Origin: Candidatus Bathyarchaeota archaeon
GTDB lineage: Archaea > Thermoproteota > Bathyarchaeia > 40CM-2-53-6
Direction: 5' to 3'
Length of the DNA: 64,000 nt
NCBI GenBank assembly: GCA_005888755.1
Contig: VBBQ01000030.1
Location: 68,085-132,084 of the forward strand
Under the pieces are notes generated by a model. The model saw nothing but the letters and a program-made list of their open reading frames with translations. It made no database searches and was not told the DNA's origin. Of this stretch, positions 29,381 through 39,477 are shown one piece after another (positions within the stretch are counted from its first letter, which is position 1; each line of letters starts with the position of its first letter). The translations under genes were made by a program, and so were the position numbers.

Positions 29381-30247
29381 ATGCAAGAGCACGTTAGCGA
29401 GCCCGAGAGAGAGTTGTCCTACGCGCCTTTCAAGCGGGGCAAGGTGAAGGACATCTACGAGCTCGATAGCGAGGAGCTTTTGTTCGTTTTCACTGACCGG
29501 GTGTCCGCTTATGACATCGTTCTTCCCTCAAACATTCCTCGGAAGGGGGAGGTACTCTGCAAGCTCGCCGCCTACTGGTTCAATTATCTGAAAGTCCCAC
29601 ACCATATGGTCCGGGTGGAAGACGAGAACCGCATGGTTGTCCGGAGGCTGAAGATGATTCCGGTAGAGTGCGTCGTCCGTGGTTATCTATACGGCAGCCT
29701 CTACGAGAGACTTGTCAAGGGCGAGGTCAACCTGCCGGTGAAGCCGATCAACGCCCTTAAGCTTCCTGAACCCTACTTCGATCCGACGACCAAGTCTGAA
29801 GTGAAGGACGAGCCTGTCACGGTCGATCAGATTGTGGACGAGGGCTGGTTGGACCCGGAGGAGATTACCGCGCTCAAAGATAGGAGTGTCAGCATCTACA
29901 ATAAGATGTCTGAGCGCGCGGATAAGGCCGGCTTTATCCTTGCAGATCTCAAACTAGAGTTTGGCTTCGACGATGAGAGCAACATTGTTCTAGCGGACTC
30001 GATTGGGCCTGACGAGTTTCGGCTATGGCCAAAAGACAACTATTTCCCGGGCAAGAGCCAGGAGAGCTACGATAAGCAGTTGATCCGAGACTGGCTTTCA
30101 AAGGTTGGCTACAAGAAAACTCTTGATGAGGCACGAAAAGCTGGACAGCCAACTCCCAGACCGCCTGACCTTCCCAACGATCTGGTTGATGAGACGAGTA
30201 AGCGGTATGTTATCGCTTACGAGCGCCTGACAGGGCTGAAACTGTAG
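29381..30247 (+). CDS. purC: SAICAR synthetase PurC
   Basis: RGKVKDIYELDSEELLFVFTDRVSAYD, with an ATP-grasp-like SAICAR_synt pattern. Confidence 0.9.
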   Translation: MQEHVSEPERELSYAPFKRGKVKDIYELDSEELLFVFTDRVSAYDIVLPSNIPRKGEVLCKLAAYWFNYLKVPHHMVRVEDENRMVVRRLKMIPVECVVRGYLYGSLYERLVKGEVNLPVKPINALKLPEPYFDPTTKSEVKDEPVTVDQIVDEGWLDPEEITALKDRSVSIYNKMSERADKAGFILADLKLEFGFDDESNIVLADSIGPDEFRLWPKDNYFPGKSQESYDKQLIRDWLSKVGYKKTLDEARKAGQPTPRPPDLPNDLVDETSKRYVIAYERLTGLKL

Positions 30248-30249
30248 GC

Positions 30250-31299
30250 TTGTCGCGGCCCCGCATGACCTACGCCAGAGCGGGGGTCAACGTATCTCAA
30301 GTCAGAAAATCCCACGTGGCGCTGGCACGACGTCTCGAATCCACATTCAAGACTCGTAGAGGGAAAGTCGGGCATCCTGTTTTTCCGATTGGACATTATG
30401 CAGGTCTTGTTGGGCTCAACGACGGCCGGGTCCTGAGCCTCCACACCGATAGCGTTGGGACTAAGGTCATCATTGCTCAGATGATGCGGAAATATGACAC
30501 CATCGGGATAGACTGTGTCGCGATGTGCGCAAATGATCTGATCTGCACGGGCACCGAACCTGTAAGCTTTCTCGACTACCTGGCCATGGTGAGACACGAC
30601 CGTCGTATTGTGGAAGAGATTGCGATCGGGCTAGTTGAAGGGGCAAAACAATCGGGAATGGCAATTGTTGGTGGGGAGACAGCCATCGTCCCGGACCTTC
30701 TCTCCAATGATGCAGGGCTGGACCTCGTCGGTATGGGAGCAGGCATCGGTAGGGAGAAAGACCTCGTCCTCGGAGATGAGATTCGAAATGGTGACGCGCT
30801 ACTCGGGGTTGCGAGTTCAGGAATACACTCCAACGGTCTGACCCTCGCTAGGAAAACTCTCCTAAGAAAGCACAAGCTGAGAGAGCATGTGCGGGAACTC
30901 GGCCGAAGTGTCGGTCAAGAACTACTTGAACCCACTCGAATTTATGTCAAACCTGTTCTAGAAGCGATAAGAAAACTAGAGGTTCACGGGTTGGCTCACA
31001 TAACGGGGGGAGCGTTTGCAAAACTCGATCGTATAATGGAACAGGCAAGGCTTGGAGCCAGCATCGAACAACTGCCTCCTACCCCAGGAATATTCCGGAT
31101 CATTCAGAGAGAGGGGAGAATCTCAGACCGCGAAATGTACCGTACCTTCAACATGGGAGTAGGATTCGTGCTCGTTTGTCCAGAGAGCCAAGTGGGCGCC
31201 TTAACTCGAATCTTCAAGAGATACGGCCACAAAACCCTCAGACTTGGAACGGTTCAGAAGACGCAGGGAGTCTGGATTCGAGGCGAGCGAATCGAGTAA
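30250..31299 (+). CDS. purM: AIR synthetase PurM
   Basis: YARAGVNV...LHTDSVGTKVIIAQ...GIDCVAMCANDL. Confidence 0.9.
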   Translation: MSRPRMTYARAGVNVSQVRKSHVALARRLESTFKTRRGKVGHPVFPIGHYAGLVGLNDGRVLSLHTDSVGTKVIIAQMMRKYDTIGIDCVAMCANDLICTGTEPVSFLDYLAMVRHDRRIVEEIAIGLVEGAKQSGMAIVGGETAIVPDLLSNDAGLDLVGMGAGIGREKDLVLGDEIRNGDALLGVASSGIHSNGLTLARKTLLRKHKLREHVRELGRSVGQELLEPTRIYVKPVLEAIRKLEVHGLAHITGGAFAKLDRIMEQARLGASIEQLPPTPGIFRIIQREGRISDREMYRTFNMGVGFVLVCPESQVGALTRIFKRYGHKTLRLGTVQKTQGVWIRGERIE

Positions 31300-31321
31300 G
31301 CCAAGGCACCCTTAATTCCCC

Positions 31322-31801
31322 TCACGCAGACTTGAATCGGAGGCCAAGTATACCGCTCAACAGAGCCAATGCCCCGGCTACTGGACCCAGCGCGGAGATC
31401 TGTAGGAGAGGAATCGCGGATGAGATGCTTTCTACCAACACTAGCTCGTCGATCGCCATTGTCACCATGATTGCGCTCCAAACAATGTGTTCATGCGGCC
31501 TCTGATACAGCAGAGCGCCGACGAAAACCGTCAGGATTCCGATAATGAACGTGTTCTGGACCAGTATGTTCGTTATGAAATAATATTGCGCGTAGCTCGT
31601 AAGGCCAGATGAGAAGGAGACCATCGCGGTCCCGCCGAGTAGAGAAAGCAGGAATGCCAATGTTGGCTGTCTGACCGCCTGTCTCCCGGGTTCAATCTGA
31701 CCGGTCAAATGCTGCCCGATGATATGCAGCAGCGTAGGGCTTATCGGTCTTTCCTTGCCTACCTCGAATAATGGTAACCGGCGAGATCCAGGACTAAGCA
31801 T
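31322..31801 (-). CDS. Hypothetical membrane protein (159 aa)
   Basis: About four TM helices. It is the last gene of the cupredoxin operon. Confidence 0.45.
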   Translation of the reverse strand: MLSPGSRRLPLFEVGKERPISPTLLHIIGQHLTGQIEPGRQAVRQPTLAFLLSLLGGTAMVSFSSGLTSYAQYYFITNILVQNTFIIGILTVFVGALLYQRPHEHIVWSAIMVTMAIDELVLVESISSAIPLLQISALGPVAGALALLSGILGLRFKSA

Positions 31802-31819
31802 TCATGGGGGTTTCATATC

Positions 31820-32590
31820 CTAGCTGAGAACTAGTCCTCCTTGGTTGAGTGGGTAGTATTCTAGTTGGCTCAAATACGGGCTCGGGGGAGCGTTTTCAGT
31901 CGCCCATGTTACCGCTTCATCCACTCTATGCCCGGTGGTCATGGACTGTAAGAGAAGGATGGCTCCTCCATCGCTTCGGTTGGTGAGGACTATCTGGTTC
32001 CAGCTTATGTAGACTTGAATGCCCCTGGCGACAAAAGCTTGAGCCATCTCAGAGTTGGCGAGTCCCGCGCATCCCATGACAACTAGAACAGTGTTGGGGA
32101 AGGTCCCTTGCATCGACTCTCGGACAAATGTGGGGGTGATGCCAAAGTAGCCAGTGTCGGCTCCAGCTACACTTACATGAATTACCTGGCCCGTCATCTG
32201 CTCGTTCACATATTTCCCCGCGTCGAAAGGCTCTGAAGTGACGAGCGCAACCACGTCTCCAGTCAAGGCTGTTGAGTGGTCTCTCAGAATAATCACACCA
32301 TATCCTTTCGAAGGTAGGATCTTGAAGAGGTCAATCGTGATATCCCTCGGCGCGTAATAATCTACAGCGTAGCCTACTCTGGCCAACGCTGTTGTTACGT
32401 TTCCGACGAAATATGGGTCAGGGCTAGTCCCTGCGACTTCGTCTATGATGACGGCTCTAGACGGGCGGGCTCTTTCAGCTAGAGGATACCATGGTTGACT
32501 TCGTAGAAGGAAAAGAGACGATCCTGTGAGGACGATTATTAGAATTACAATTGAGGCTAGGTTTTGACTGACCTCATGTCCCTCTACCAA
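31820..32590 (-). CDS. Hypothetical N-terminally anchored extracytoplasmic protein (256 aa)
   Basis: A signal-anchor at the N-terminus followed by a soluble domain. No confident family assignment. Confidence 0.45.
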   Translation of the reverse strand: MVEGHEVSQNLASIVILIIVLTGSSLFLLRSQPWYPLAERARPSRAVIIDEVAGTSPDPYFVGNVTTALARVGYAVDYYAPRDITIDLFKILPSKGYGVIILRDHSTALTGDVVALVTSEPFDAGKYVNEQMTGQVIHVSVAGADTGYFGITPTFVRESMQGTFPNTVLVVMGCAGLANSEMAQAFVARGIQVYISWNQIVLTNRSDGGAILLLQSMTTGHRVDEAVTWATENAPPSPYLSQLEYYPLNQGGLVLS

Positions 32591-32622
32591 CCTTCAGGTC
32601 ATTCCTAGCATCGTTATGCTAG

Positions 32623-33516
32623 TTATGCTTGCGAGACTCTTCTTGCCCGTCTAAGGTTGATTCCTGTCAAGGAAAGCGCGACGATGACAAGTGCCGCTAG
32701 TCCGAGAACGGAGATGTGTGGAGCAGGCAGCTGGTTGTTTAGGCTATTTCCACCAACAGTACCGCTAGTGACTACGACTGTCACTGGGGTCGAGTGTGAT
32801 AGTGAACCGCTGGTTCCCGTCACAGTTACTGTGTAGGTTGCGAGCGGTGTGAACGCGGTTGTCGTTATGTTGAGGGTCGAGGTTGCTGTACCGCCTGAAC
32901 TGAGTGTGACGCTTGAGGGTTTGAGAGTAGTTGTTATCGTGGATGTGCTAGGAGCCACCGCAGACGACAGGGCAACCGTTCCTGTAAATCCGTTGCTGGT
33001 CAAAGTTATCTGAGAGGTTGCAAAATTACCTGCGGCAATATTCACGGTTGTCGGGTTGGCGCTGATCGAGAAGTCCGGTGCCACCACAAAACTTCCGACC
33101 ATGCTCATGGGATGAACGGTGCAATAGTAGGTGTACGTTCTGGCTTGGAGGTTGTTGACGGGAAAGCTGTACGCTGTACTCGATGAGAACGAGATCGAGC
33201 AGGGGTCCGCTGTCGGACAATCTGTCGTATCCGCTACGCCATCGTTGTCTGCGTCCAGCAGGAACCGGTGAGGCAGGTGATCAGAACTTACAAGGGTTAG
33301 CGATACAGTGTCGCTCGGGTGAACGGTTATTGTCGGGTTAGGGTTGGTTGTTGAACCGTTCCATCCATTCAGAGCGTCTCCATCTAGGCGTATTGGGAGA
33401 GCGGCGGCTCGCGCTTGCGGGATTTTGGGGGTCAGGGATCCGAGGAAATGCGTGGGAATGATGCTGGCTAGGAGGAGAATTGAGAGGGCTACTGCTAGGT
33501 AGCCAATTCTCGCCAT
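32623..33516 (-). CDS. Type-1 blue copper (cupredoxin) protein with a Ser/Thr-rich stalk and a C-terminal membrane anchor
   Basis: Signal peptide. The cupredoxin Cu site is YTYYCTVHPMSMVGSFVV (C..H....M), with an upstream His. About 130 aa of Thr/Ser repeats follow. The C-terminal anchor is LGLAALVIVALSLTGINLRRARR. Confidence 0.7.
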   Translation of the reverse strand: MARIGYLAVALSILLLASIIPTHFLGSLTPKIPQARAAALPIRLDGDALNGWNGSTTNPNPTITVHPSDTVSLTLVSSDHLPHRFLLDADNDGVADTTDCPTADPCSISFSSSTAYSFPVNNLQARTYTYYCTVHPMSMVGSFVVAPDFSISANPTTVNIAAGNFATSQITLTSNGFTGTVALSSAVAPSTSTITTTLKPSSVTLSSGGTATSTLNITTTAFTPLATYTVTVTGTSGSLSHSTPVTVVVTSGTVGGNSLNNQLPAPHISVLGLAALVIVALSLTGINLRRARRVSQA

Positions 33517-33967
33517 AGGATAATCTACTACCGATATAGGAGTCTAATAACACCACCGGTCGCTTAGAGAGACGAAGCCTTCGGGTTCGGCACACTCTAT
33601 TCCATAGCCCCTCCCGGATTTCGGGTCATCCACCGCGGAGAAGAGACCCTCGGTGAATAAGCCCCTAAGCTTCTACCTTCGAATGCTCAGCAAGGACCTT
33701 CAGCTCTGCGGCCCTTGCATGGAATCCAATCTTGGCGTGGGTTCCGTCGCAGAAGGGTTTGTTGCTTTAGCCCCCCACATCTGCACATGACAGTGAAGAC
33801 TTTGCCGTCGAAATGGATTAGGTTCGGACCGTTTTCAGTGGACCTGATCTCTACTGTATGCATGAGTCCTTTCGCTTTTCGAATTTCTATTTAAGAACAG
33901 AGCAAAACGGGAATGGCCAGTTGATGAGGGATAGAGGAAGAGAGGCCCATCTGAGGGTCGATGGGTC

Positions 33968-34336
33968 TCAGTTGTGTTGTTGTAGGTCGCGCATCATCTG
34001 TTCGAATTGTTCTTTGGTTATCTCTCCTTTGGCGTATCGTTCGCGGATGATGTTGTAGGATTCGTCTTGGTATCGCCAGTATCTTCCTCGGTAGCCCCAT
34101 CCTCCTCTCCACGGGAAGATTAGCCATCTTGCTATCCAGAAAAAGGCGAATATTCCGACGAAGAAGAATAGTGGGAAGGGGAAGAAGAAGTACGGATAGT
34201 ACGTGCCCGCTACAGGTGCGGGTCGGGTTGCGAATAGGAAGGCTGAGATTGCGACTGATGCTACGATAACGGCGAGGAGCGCGAATACCCCCCAGGCGAA
34301 CAAATGTCTAGGACGATTCCATTCATGGTCACTCAT
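33968..34336 (-). CDS. SHOCT-domain membrane protein
   Basis: The C-terminal SHOCT motif is RERYAKGEITKEQFEQMMRDL. An aromatic-rich TM region precedes it. GGAGG is 8 nt upstream of the ATG. Confidence 0.65.
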   Translation of the reverse strand: MSDHEWNRPRHLFAWGVFALLAVIVASVAISAFLFATRPAPVAGTYYPYFFFPFPLFFFVGIFAFFWIARWLIFPWRGGWGYRGRYWRYQDESYNIIRERYAKGEITKEQFEQMMRDLQQHN

Positions 34337-34363
34337 ACATTTCGCCTCCTTCTCTTAATGTTT

Positions 34364-34398
34364 CGATATCGGTATAACGATATCGAATATCCGATATA
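34364..34398. promoter_or_regulatory. Three phased copies of the self-complementary octamer CGATATCG (the third a half-site) in the SHOCT promoter region
   Basis: CGATATCG occurs at 34364-34371 and 34378-34385, and CGATATA at 34392-34398. The spacing is exactly 14 bp. The copies lie 28-62 bp upstream of the SHOCT ATG and overlap TATA-like segments. Confidence 0.4.
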
Positions 34399-34511
34399 AG
34401 GATTCTCTCTATTCCACCAAGATTACTAGCCAGGAGAAATCTCCCAATCGAAAATAGGCGTTCTTTTCTCGGCACCCCCCGGGTGGTCGATTTTCGCGCG
34501 TCCGACCCTTC

Positions 34512-35597
34512 TTAGAAATGCCTGAACGACCGTTCTCTGGTAAACAACATCTTGATACCATAATCGTCACAGGCCTTGACGATTGCTTGGTCTTCAACGG
34601 ACCCGCCTGGCTGGACTATCGCTGATACCTTCTCCCGTGCCAATGCTTCTAAATTGTCTAGTTTTGGAAGAAATCCATCAGACGCCATCACGCTTCCTTC
34701 TAGGTCGTGGTTCATCTTGTGAGCTTTGTCGATAGAGTTCTCGATGGCCCCTATCCTGTCTTGCTGGCCGGTTCCGATCGCGAGTGATGTTCCATCTTTC
34801 CAGAATACCACCGCATTTGACCGAACCTCGCAACCCACCCACCACGCATGCAACAGATCTAGGTACTCTGGCTCTGATGGTTTTTTCTTGGTAGGCACGG
34901 GGAGCTGTTTCATATTATCCAGTGACAATATGCTGGTTCGGTACTGGTCTTCTATGATCAAGGATCCATCCTCTAGCACTACTACATCCGGCGGCAATGC
35001 CGCGTCCTCTTTGCGTTGGGGTGGAACCTCTCCGACTCGTATGTCTCTCTTCGACTCGAAAACCGCTAATGCCTCAGACCCGTACCTTGGTGCATAGACG
35101 ACTTCGACGAACGTCTTCATGATTTCTTCTGCGGTCTTTCGGTCAACAGGGCTGTTGAATATGACGACGCTTCCGAAAGCGGCCCGGTTATCAGAGTCTC
35201 TGGCCCGCGCATACACCTGACTCAGATGATCATGTCCTCTTGAAACCGCGACTCCTGATGGGTTGAGATGTTTCATCACTGCGACAGCGGGTTCTTTGAA
35301 ATAACTCGTGATCCGCAACCCGTGACTTCCATCCTCGATATTCGTCGCCGAAGGTCCGTCTTTTCCCCATTTTACCCAATCGACATTTCCTATCCCGCCC
35401 TTCGATAATTTCGGTCTGTACAACGCTCCCTTCTGGTGCGGGTTCGTGCCATACCGCAGTCCCCGCATCCGGCCTTCCACTTTCCATTGGACCTTTGAGT
35501 AGTCGAACACCTTGTCGCCGATCATAAGCTTGAGCGATAATGGTAGATCCTCGTCCCGGGCCGTCCGGTAGATCCTTCGGATCTGCTGATCGCTCAA
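34512..35597 (-). CDS. purH: PurH, AICAR transformylase (AICARFT) domain ORF
   Basis: LRYGTNPHQKGALY...GGSVEDQAIV...FTRERSFRH. The TTG start overlaps the stop of the upstream ORF by 4 nt in a different frame. Confidence 0.85.
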   Translation of the reverse strand: MSDQQIRRIYRTARDEDLPLSLKLMIGDKVFDYSKVQWKVEGRMRGLRYGTNPHQKGALYRPKLSKGGIGNVDWVKWGKDGPSATNIEDGSHGLRITSYFKEPAVAVMKHLNPSGVAVSRGHDHLSQVYARARDSDNRAAFGSVVIFNSPVDRKTAEEIMKTFVEVVYAPRYGSEALAVFESKRDIRVGEVPPQRKEDAALPPDVVVLEDGSLIIEDQYRTSILSLDNMKQLPVPTKKKPSEPEYLDLLHAWWVGCEVRSNAVVFWKDGTSLAIGTGQQDRIGAIENSIDKAHKMNHDLEGSVMASDGFLPKLDNLEALAREKVSAIVQPGGSVEDQAIVKACDDYGIKMLFTRERSFRHF

Positions 35598-36190
35598 TTC
35601 TTCAACTTGCCCAGGTAGCTCTCTATCGCTGTATCATACTCTGCGGTCAAGGCGAACGCCTCTCTCGCAAGTTTGCGTCTCAGTTCATCCGGGACCGCCT
35701 CATGCTTGTCCAGTTCCCGGATCAAAACATCGTACTGGGCAGGTCTGGTCAAAGGCGCGACTCTATTGTTGAGAAATGCGCCCTTTGCCGCAGCGCGGAT
35801 CAGGGCGACACCTCCAATGTCGATATTGTCGATCGCTCTCCGCAGATTTATCGGGTCGCTCTTTACGACCTCCCGAAACGGATACAAGTTCACAACGACA
35901 AAATCCACCGGTTCGATCGCGTTTTCCTGCAGATATTTCAGCTGCGCTGGATCGTTCCAGTCGCCTAGAATTCCAGCATGTATCTTGGGATGGAGAGTTT
36001 TCACAAGTCCACCGGGCATCTCAGGAAATCCCGTATACGTTGAGACTTCTACGACCTCGTGTCGGAGTTTTCGGATCGCTTGGGCTGTCCCGCCTGAGCT
36101 GATCACTTTGATCTTGTGTCTGGCAAACGCTCCGACTATGTGTTCGAGTCTGGACTTGTCATAGACCGAGATCACAGCATTGCCAGTCAA
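35594..36190 (-). CDS. purH: PurH, IMP cyclohydrolase (MGS-like) domain ORF
   Basis: AVISVYDKSRLEHIVGAFARHKIKVISSGGTA...LVKTLHPKIHAGIL...NLYPF. Together with 34512-35597 it makes a 559-aa bifunctional PurH equivalent. Confidence 0.85.
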   Translation of the reverse strand: MTGNAVISVYDKSRLEHIVGAFARHKIKVISSGGTAQAIRKLRHEVVEVSTYTGFPEMPGGLVKTLHPKIHAGILGDWNDPAQLKYLQENAIEPVDFVVVNLYPFREVVKSDPINLRRAIDNIDIGGVALIRAAAKGAFLNNRVAPLTRPAQYDVLIRELDKHEAVPDELRRKLAREAFALTAEYDTAIESYLGKLKN

Positions 36191-36264
36191 GGATTTTTCG
36201 CGCAGAACCTTCTCGAGTCCTGCGTATTATTTAATCTGGTTCCGCGGATGACGCCATGGCGCCG

Positions 36265-36813
36265 CTAAGGCCAACCGAGGCCGGCCTTTTCCACTGGCAG
36301 GATTCTTCTGGCGAGTTTTCCTGCGGCGGTGTGCTGGTAGAATATTGCCAGTGTTAGGAGGCCGGTCAAGCCCAAGATCCCTACTCCTGCCCAGAAGAAT
36401 GGAAGAGCTGTGACTATGTGGAATATTTTTGCAACTACGCTCATCTGGGTGAAGACCTGGTTATGGGATGTTATTGTCAAGAATACTGTTCCTCCGTTGG
36501 CTGCGGTGATAGGAGTGTTTGGAATGTCGAATGTTCCCGCGAGGAAAGTAGCCGTGAAAAGAACCAGGTTGGACTCAACAAGTGTGAGTTTTACATCGAT
36601 TGTGTTGCCACTCATAATGTGCGCTGTCGCGTAGTAGCCTGAGGGCGCGAATCCAATTTCCTGCGATAGACCGTTCGTGGTCAGCGTCGATGTAGAATAT
36701 GTTGTGACATCTTGTTCTGCAGGCGCAGGGAATGATAACAGTACAAGGCCAGCAATTAGCAAGCTGCAAAGAATGGCGAGAGTGTACCGTTGACGCTGGC
36801 TGAACTTGGGCAT
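36265..36813 (-). CDS. Hypothetical membrane protein encoded downstream of the ABC exporter
   Basis: An N-terminal TM segment, a beta-rich extracytoplasmic segment, and C-terminal TM segments. It is on the same strand as, and immediately after, the FtsX permease. Confidence 0.45.
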   Translation of the reverse strand: MPKFSQRQRYTLAILCSLLIAGLVLLSFPAPAEQDVTTYSTSTLTTNGLSQEIGFAPSGYYATAHIMSGNTIDVKLTLVESNLVLFTATFLAGTFDIPNTPITAANGGTVFLTITSHNQVFTQMSVVAKIFHIVTALPFFWAGVGILGLTGLLTLAIFYQHTAAGKLARRILPVEKAGLGWP

Positions 36814-36901
36814 GCCGGGCTCAAGATGATCAATCGATCTAGGCCGGAACTAAGCCCGCCGTACCCTACTCCAATTCCCAACAGTAACGGTTACTCGCTC
36901 G

Positions 36902-39457
36902 CTATGCCTGTTCGAGAGCCCTAGTAATTTCCATTCGCGAAGCCCGGAGAGCAGGATACAGTGATCCCGTGACCACTGCAAGAATGGACAGTCCAAGGGC
37001 TTGTACCATGGCACTATAGGGTATGACGAATGGGAGGTAGAATCCTGCGAGGGTGGTGCTATTGGTCGCTCCCTCTAGCAGAAGGAGGCCTCCGGGAACG
37101 GAGAGAAGGAAGCCGAATAGGCCGAGTATGATTCCTTCACTGAGAAAAAGTCCGGATATCTGTCTCCTGCTCATTCCCTGCGAGCGCAATAGCCCTATCT
37201 CGCGCTTTCTATCGGTTACGTTCATGATCATTGTAGCGCTTATTCCTAGGGTCGCGATGAGGAGGGCGAAGTAGAGAACTAGGAGGATTATCGTGAATAT
37301 CCGGTTAATCGTATCTCGAACAAGCGAGAGGAGTTGCCCGAGGGTCAGCGAATTCTCGGCAAAATCGTACCTTGGATACGTGGTAGCAATGTCGTGAGCT
37401 ATCGTAGACGCTACTGGCTTGTATTGGGGCTTTAGATCAATCAAGAAAAGTGGCGCGTTGTTCTGGCCGCCAAAGAATTGAGTCTGAGTCTTAAAGGATA
37501 CAACAATTGTGTCGCTGGCAAAACTGTTTCCAAACTGTATGTACTGCAGGACAGGCCCAGTGAAGATTCCTGCGACTCTGAACTCAACAGGCTTCGGGAT
37601 GTCCATTGTAATGTTTTCTCCCGCGGAGACCCCCAATCTAGACGCCAAAGAATCAGGTAACAGCACAGTTTGATTGTTGCTTGCCAATTGGGCATACGCA
37701 ACCTGCGGAGGCGGCGAGTTAACGAATTGATAGTTAACGATCTGGGGGAATACTGTCGGATCGATTGCGAGTATTCCTACAGATGTTCTGTTGCCGGATG
37801 GACCAAAAGCAGTCGGGTTCACAGGAAGGAAACTAGGTCCGAGGGGAGTCGCAGATGAGACTTGGGCTAAACTCGTCAGGTTGTTTGTGAAACTGATAGG
37901 CAATGACTCGTTTGCGACGAGGATGATATCGGCCCCCAATGCTTCTTGGATTCCCTGATCGAGAGCTGTCTGGACCCCTCCTTGGATACCTCCTAGCATG
38001 ATCACGAAGCTGAGTGTGATTGTGATCATTCCGAACGAGATCGCGTTTCTAAGCAATCTGCGTCTACCGTTTCTCGATGCGATGTATCCAACAGCTCTTG
38101 AGAATGGTAGGAGCGGTGCGGTGAGTATTCGGCCTGATCGTCCGAACAGTATTGCGCCGAGAATAACCAGCCCCATTGGGATGAGTGCAACATCGAGGTA
38201 GGGGACGTGGAACGGCGTTATTCTGGCAGCCTCTAGCGAGCCAACTGTGAGCATGCCCAAGCTGACAAGGACGATGATTGAATCCGGGATTCGTTTTCGA
38301 GAGTTTCGGGCGGAGGGTCTAATCGCTTGGATAATGTTGATCCGGCTTGCGGAGGCGGCTGGGTAGAGCGATCCGGCGAAGACAGCTGCAAAGCCCGCTC
38401 CAAGCCCCATTAGAGTGATGGTTGGGGTGAGCTGGACTAGCGGGAGAGATGGGGTTTGGAGAATGTTCTCTGCAACTGCGGTGAAGCCCCTCGATAGAAT
38501 CAACCCTGTAAAGACACCGGCCACTGTTCCGATGGTGCCGATCAGCATTCCCTCAACCAAGAAAATCTTGAAGATCTGTGACCGGCTGGTTCCGACGGCA
38601 CGCATGACCCCGATCTCGTAAGTGCGTTCGTTTACGGTCATGAACAGAGTGTTGAAGACGATGAAAGCACAAACGACTAGCGCGACGGCGACCATTACGT
38701 TTAGCCCTAGTTCGAATCCGGCGGTTTGTCCCGCTATTCTTTGAACAGCTTCAGCTTTTGGCGCGTTTACATTGAAAAGCGGTGAGCCTAGGAGACGTTG
38801 AATCTCGTCCCGGACCTGTGGCGCTCGGGTTGGATCATTGAGAGTTGCGTAGATGTGGGAGATCATTCCTTGAAAGTTTAGGGTTGATTGGAGCTCAGGG
38901 AGGTTGACATAGACCGACGCGCCGATGTTGCGCAGCGGATGGTTGATTCCCACCACTGATAGAGGAATCGTGACATTGGTTCTAGCAATGACGTTTGGAG
39001 TGAAGACGTTGAGTGTGGACCCGATTCTCAGCGCATACTTCTGGGCCAGCCCATCATCCACCGTTGCCTGGCCTGGAGAGAGAGTCTTGGCGCCGGTAAT
39101 GTTGTAGCTGGAATAATCGAAGTCGGTCCCGTTGACTCCTACCAAGGGAAAGAATGTCCGATTGTCGGTGGTGCCAAACCAGATTAGTCTGACGGCTGTT
39201 TGTTGAACTTCAGAGGCACTCTGGACATTGCTCAGATAGTGGCTAGGGAATACTGGTGGAAGTCCGCCGTAGCTTACGACGATATCTGTCCGGCCCCAGA
39301 ACTTGTTGATGTAATTGGTGAACTCGCCAGTCGCACTTGCAGTCGCTAGATTGATCCCCACGAGCAATGCGACTCCGAGAATGACGGCGAGAATTGTAAG
39401 CGCGGTTCTTGCGCGCCGTTTTGGAAGATTGCGGTAGGCAATCTTGGCCGAAAGCAT
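36902..39457 (-). CDS. ABC transporter permease, MacB/FtsX-like, with duplicated FtsX domains (851 aa)
   Basis: An N-terminal TM segment (RARTALTILAVILGVALLVGINLA). There are two large extracytoplasmic domains, each followed by FtsX-type 3-TM bundles. Confidence 0.85.
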   Translation of the reverse strand: MLSAKIAYRNLPKRRARTALTILAVILGVALLVGINLATASATGEFTNYINKFWGRTDIVVSYGGLPPVFPSHYLSNVQSASEVQQTAVRLIWFGTTDNRTFFPLVGVNGTDFDYSSYNITGAKTLSPGQATVDDGLAQKYALRIGSTLNVFTPNVIARTNVTIPLSVVGINHPLRNIGASVYVNLPELQSTLNFQGMISHIYATLNDPTRAPQVRDEIQRLLGSPLFNVNAPKAEAVQRIAGQTAGFELGLNVMVAVALVVCAFIVFNTLFMTVNERTYEIGVMRAVGTSRSQIFKIFLVEGMLIGTIGTVAGVFTGLILSRGFTAVAENILQTPSLPLVQLTPTITLMGLGAGFAAVFAGSLYPAASASRINIIQAIRPSARNSRKRIPDSIIVLVSLGMLTVGSLEAARITPFHVPYLDVALIPMGLVILGAILFGRSGRILTAPLLPFSRAVGYIASRNGRRRLLRNAISFGMITITLSFVIMLGGIQGGVQTALDQGIQEALGADIILVANESLPISFTNNLTSLAQVSSATPLGPSFLPVNPTAFGPSGNRTSVGILAIDPTVFPQIVNYQFVNSPPPQVAYAQLASNNQTVLLPDSLASRLGVSAGENITMDIPKPVEFRVAGIFTGPVLQYIQFGNSFASDTIVVSFKTQTQFFGGQNNAPLFLIDLKPQYKPVASTIAHDIATTYPRYDFAENSLTLGQLLSLVRDTINRIFTIILLVLYFALLIATLGISATMIMNVTDRKREIGLLRSQGMSRRQISGLFLSEGIILGLFGFLLSVPGGLLLLEGATNSTTLAGFYLPFVIPYSAMVQALGLSILAVVTGSLYPALRASRMEITRALEQA

Positions 39458-39477
39458 GATCTAGTATCAGCTTTGCA

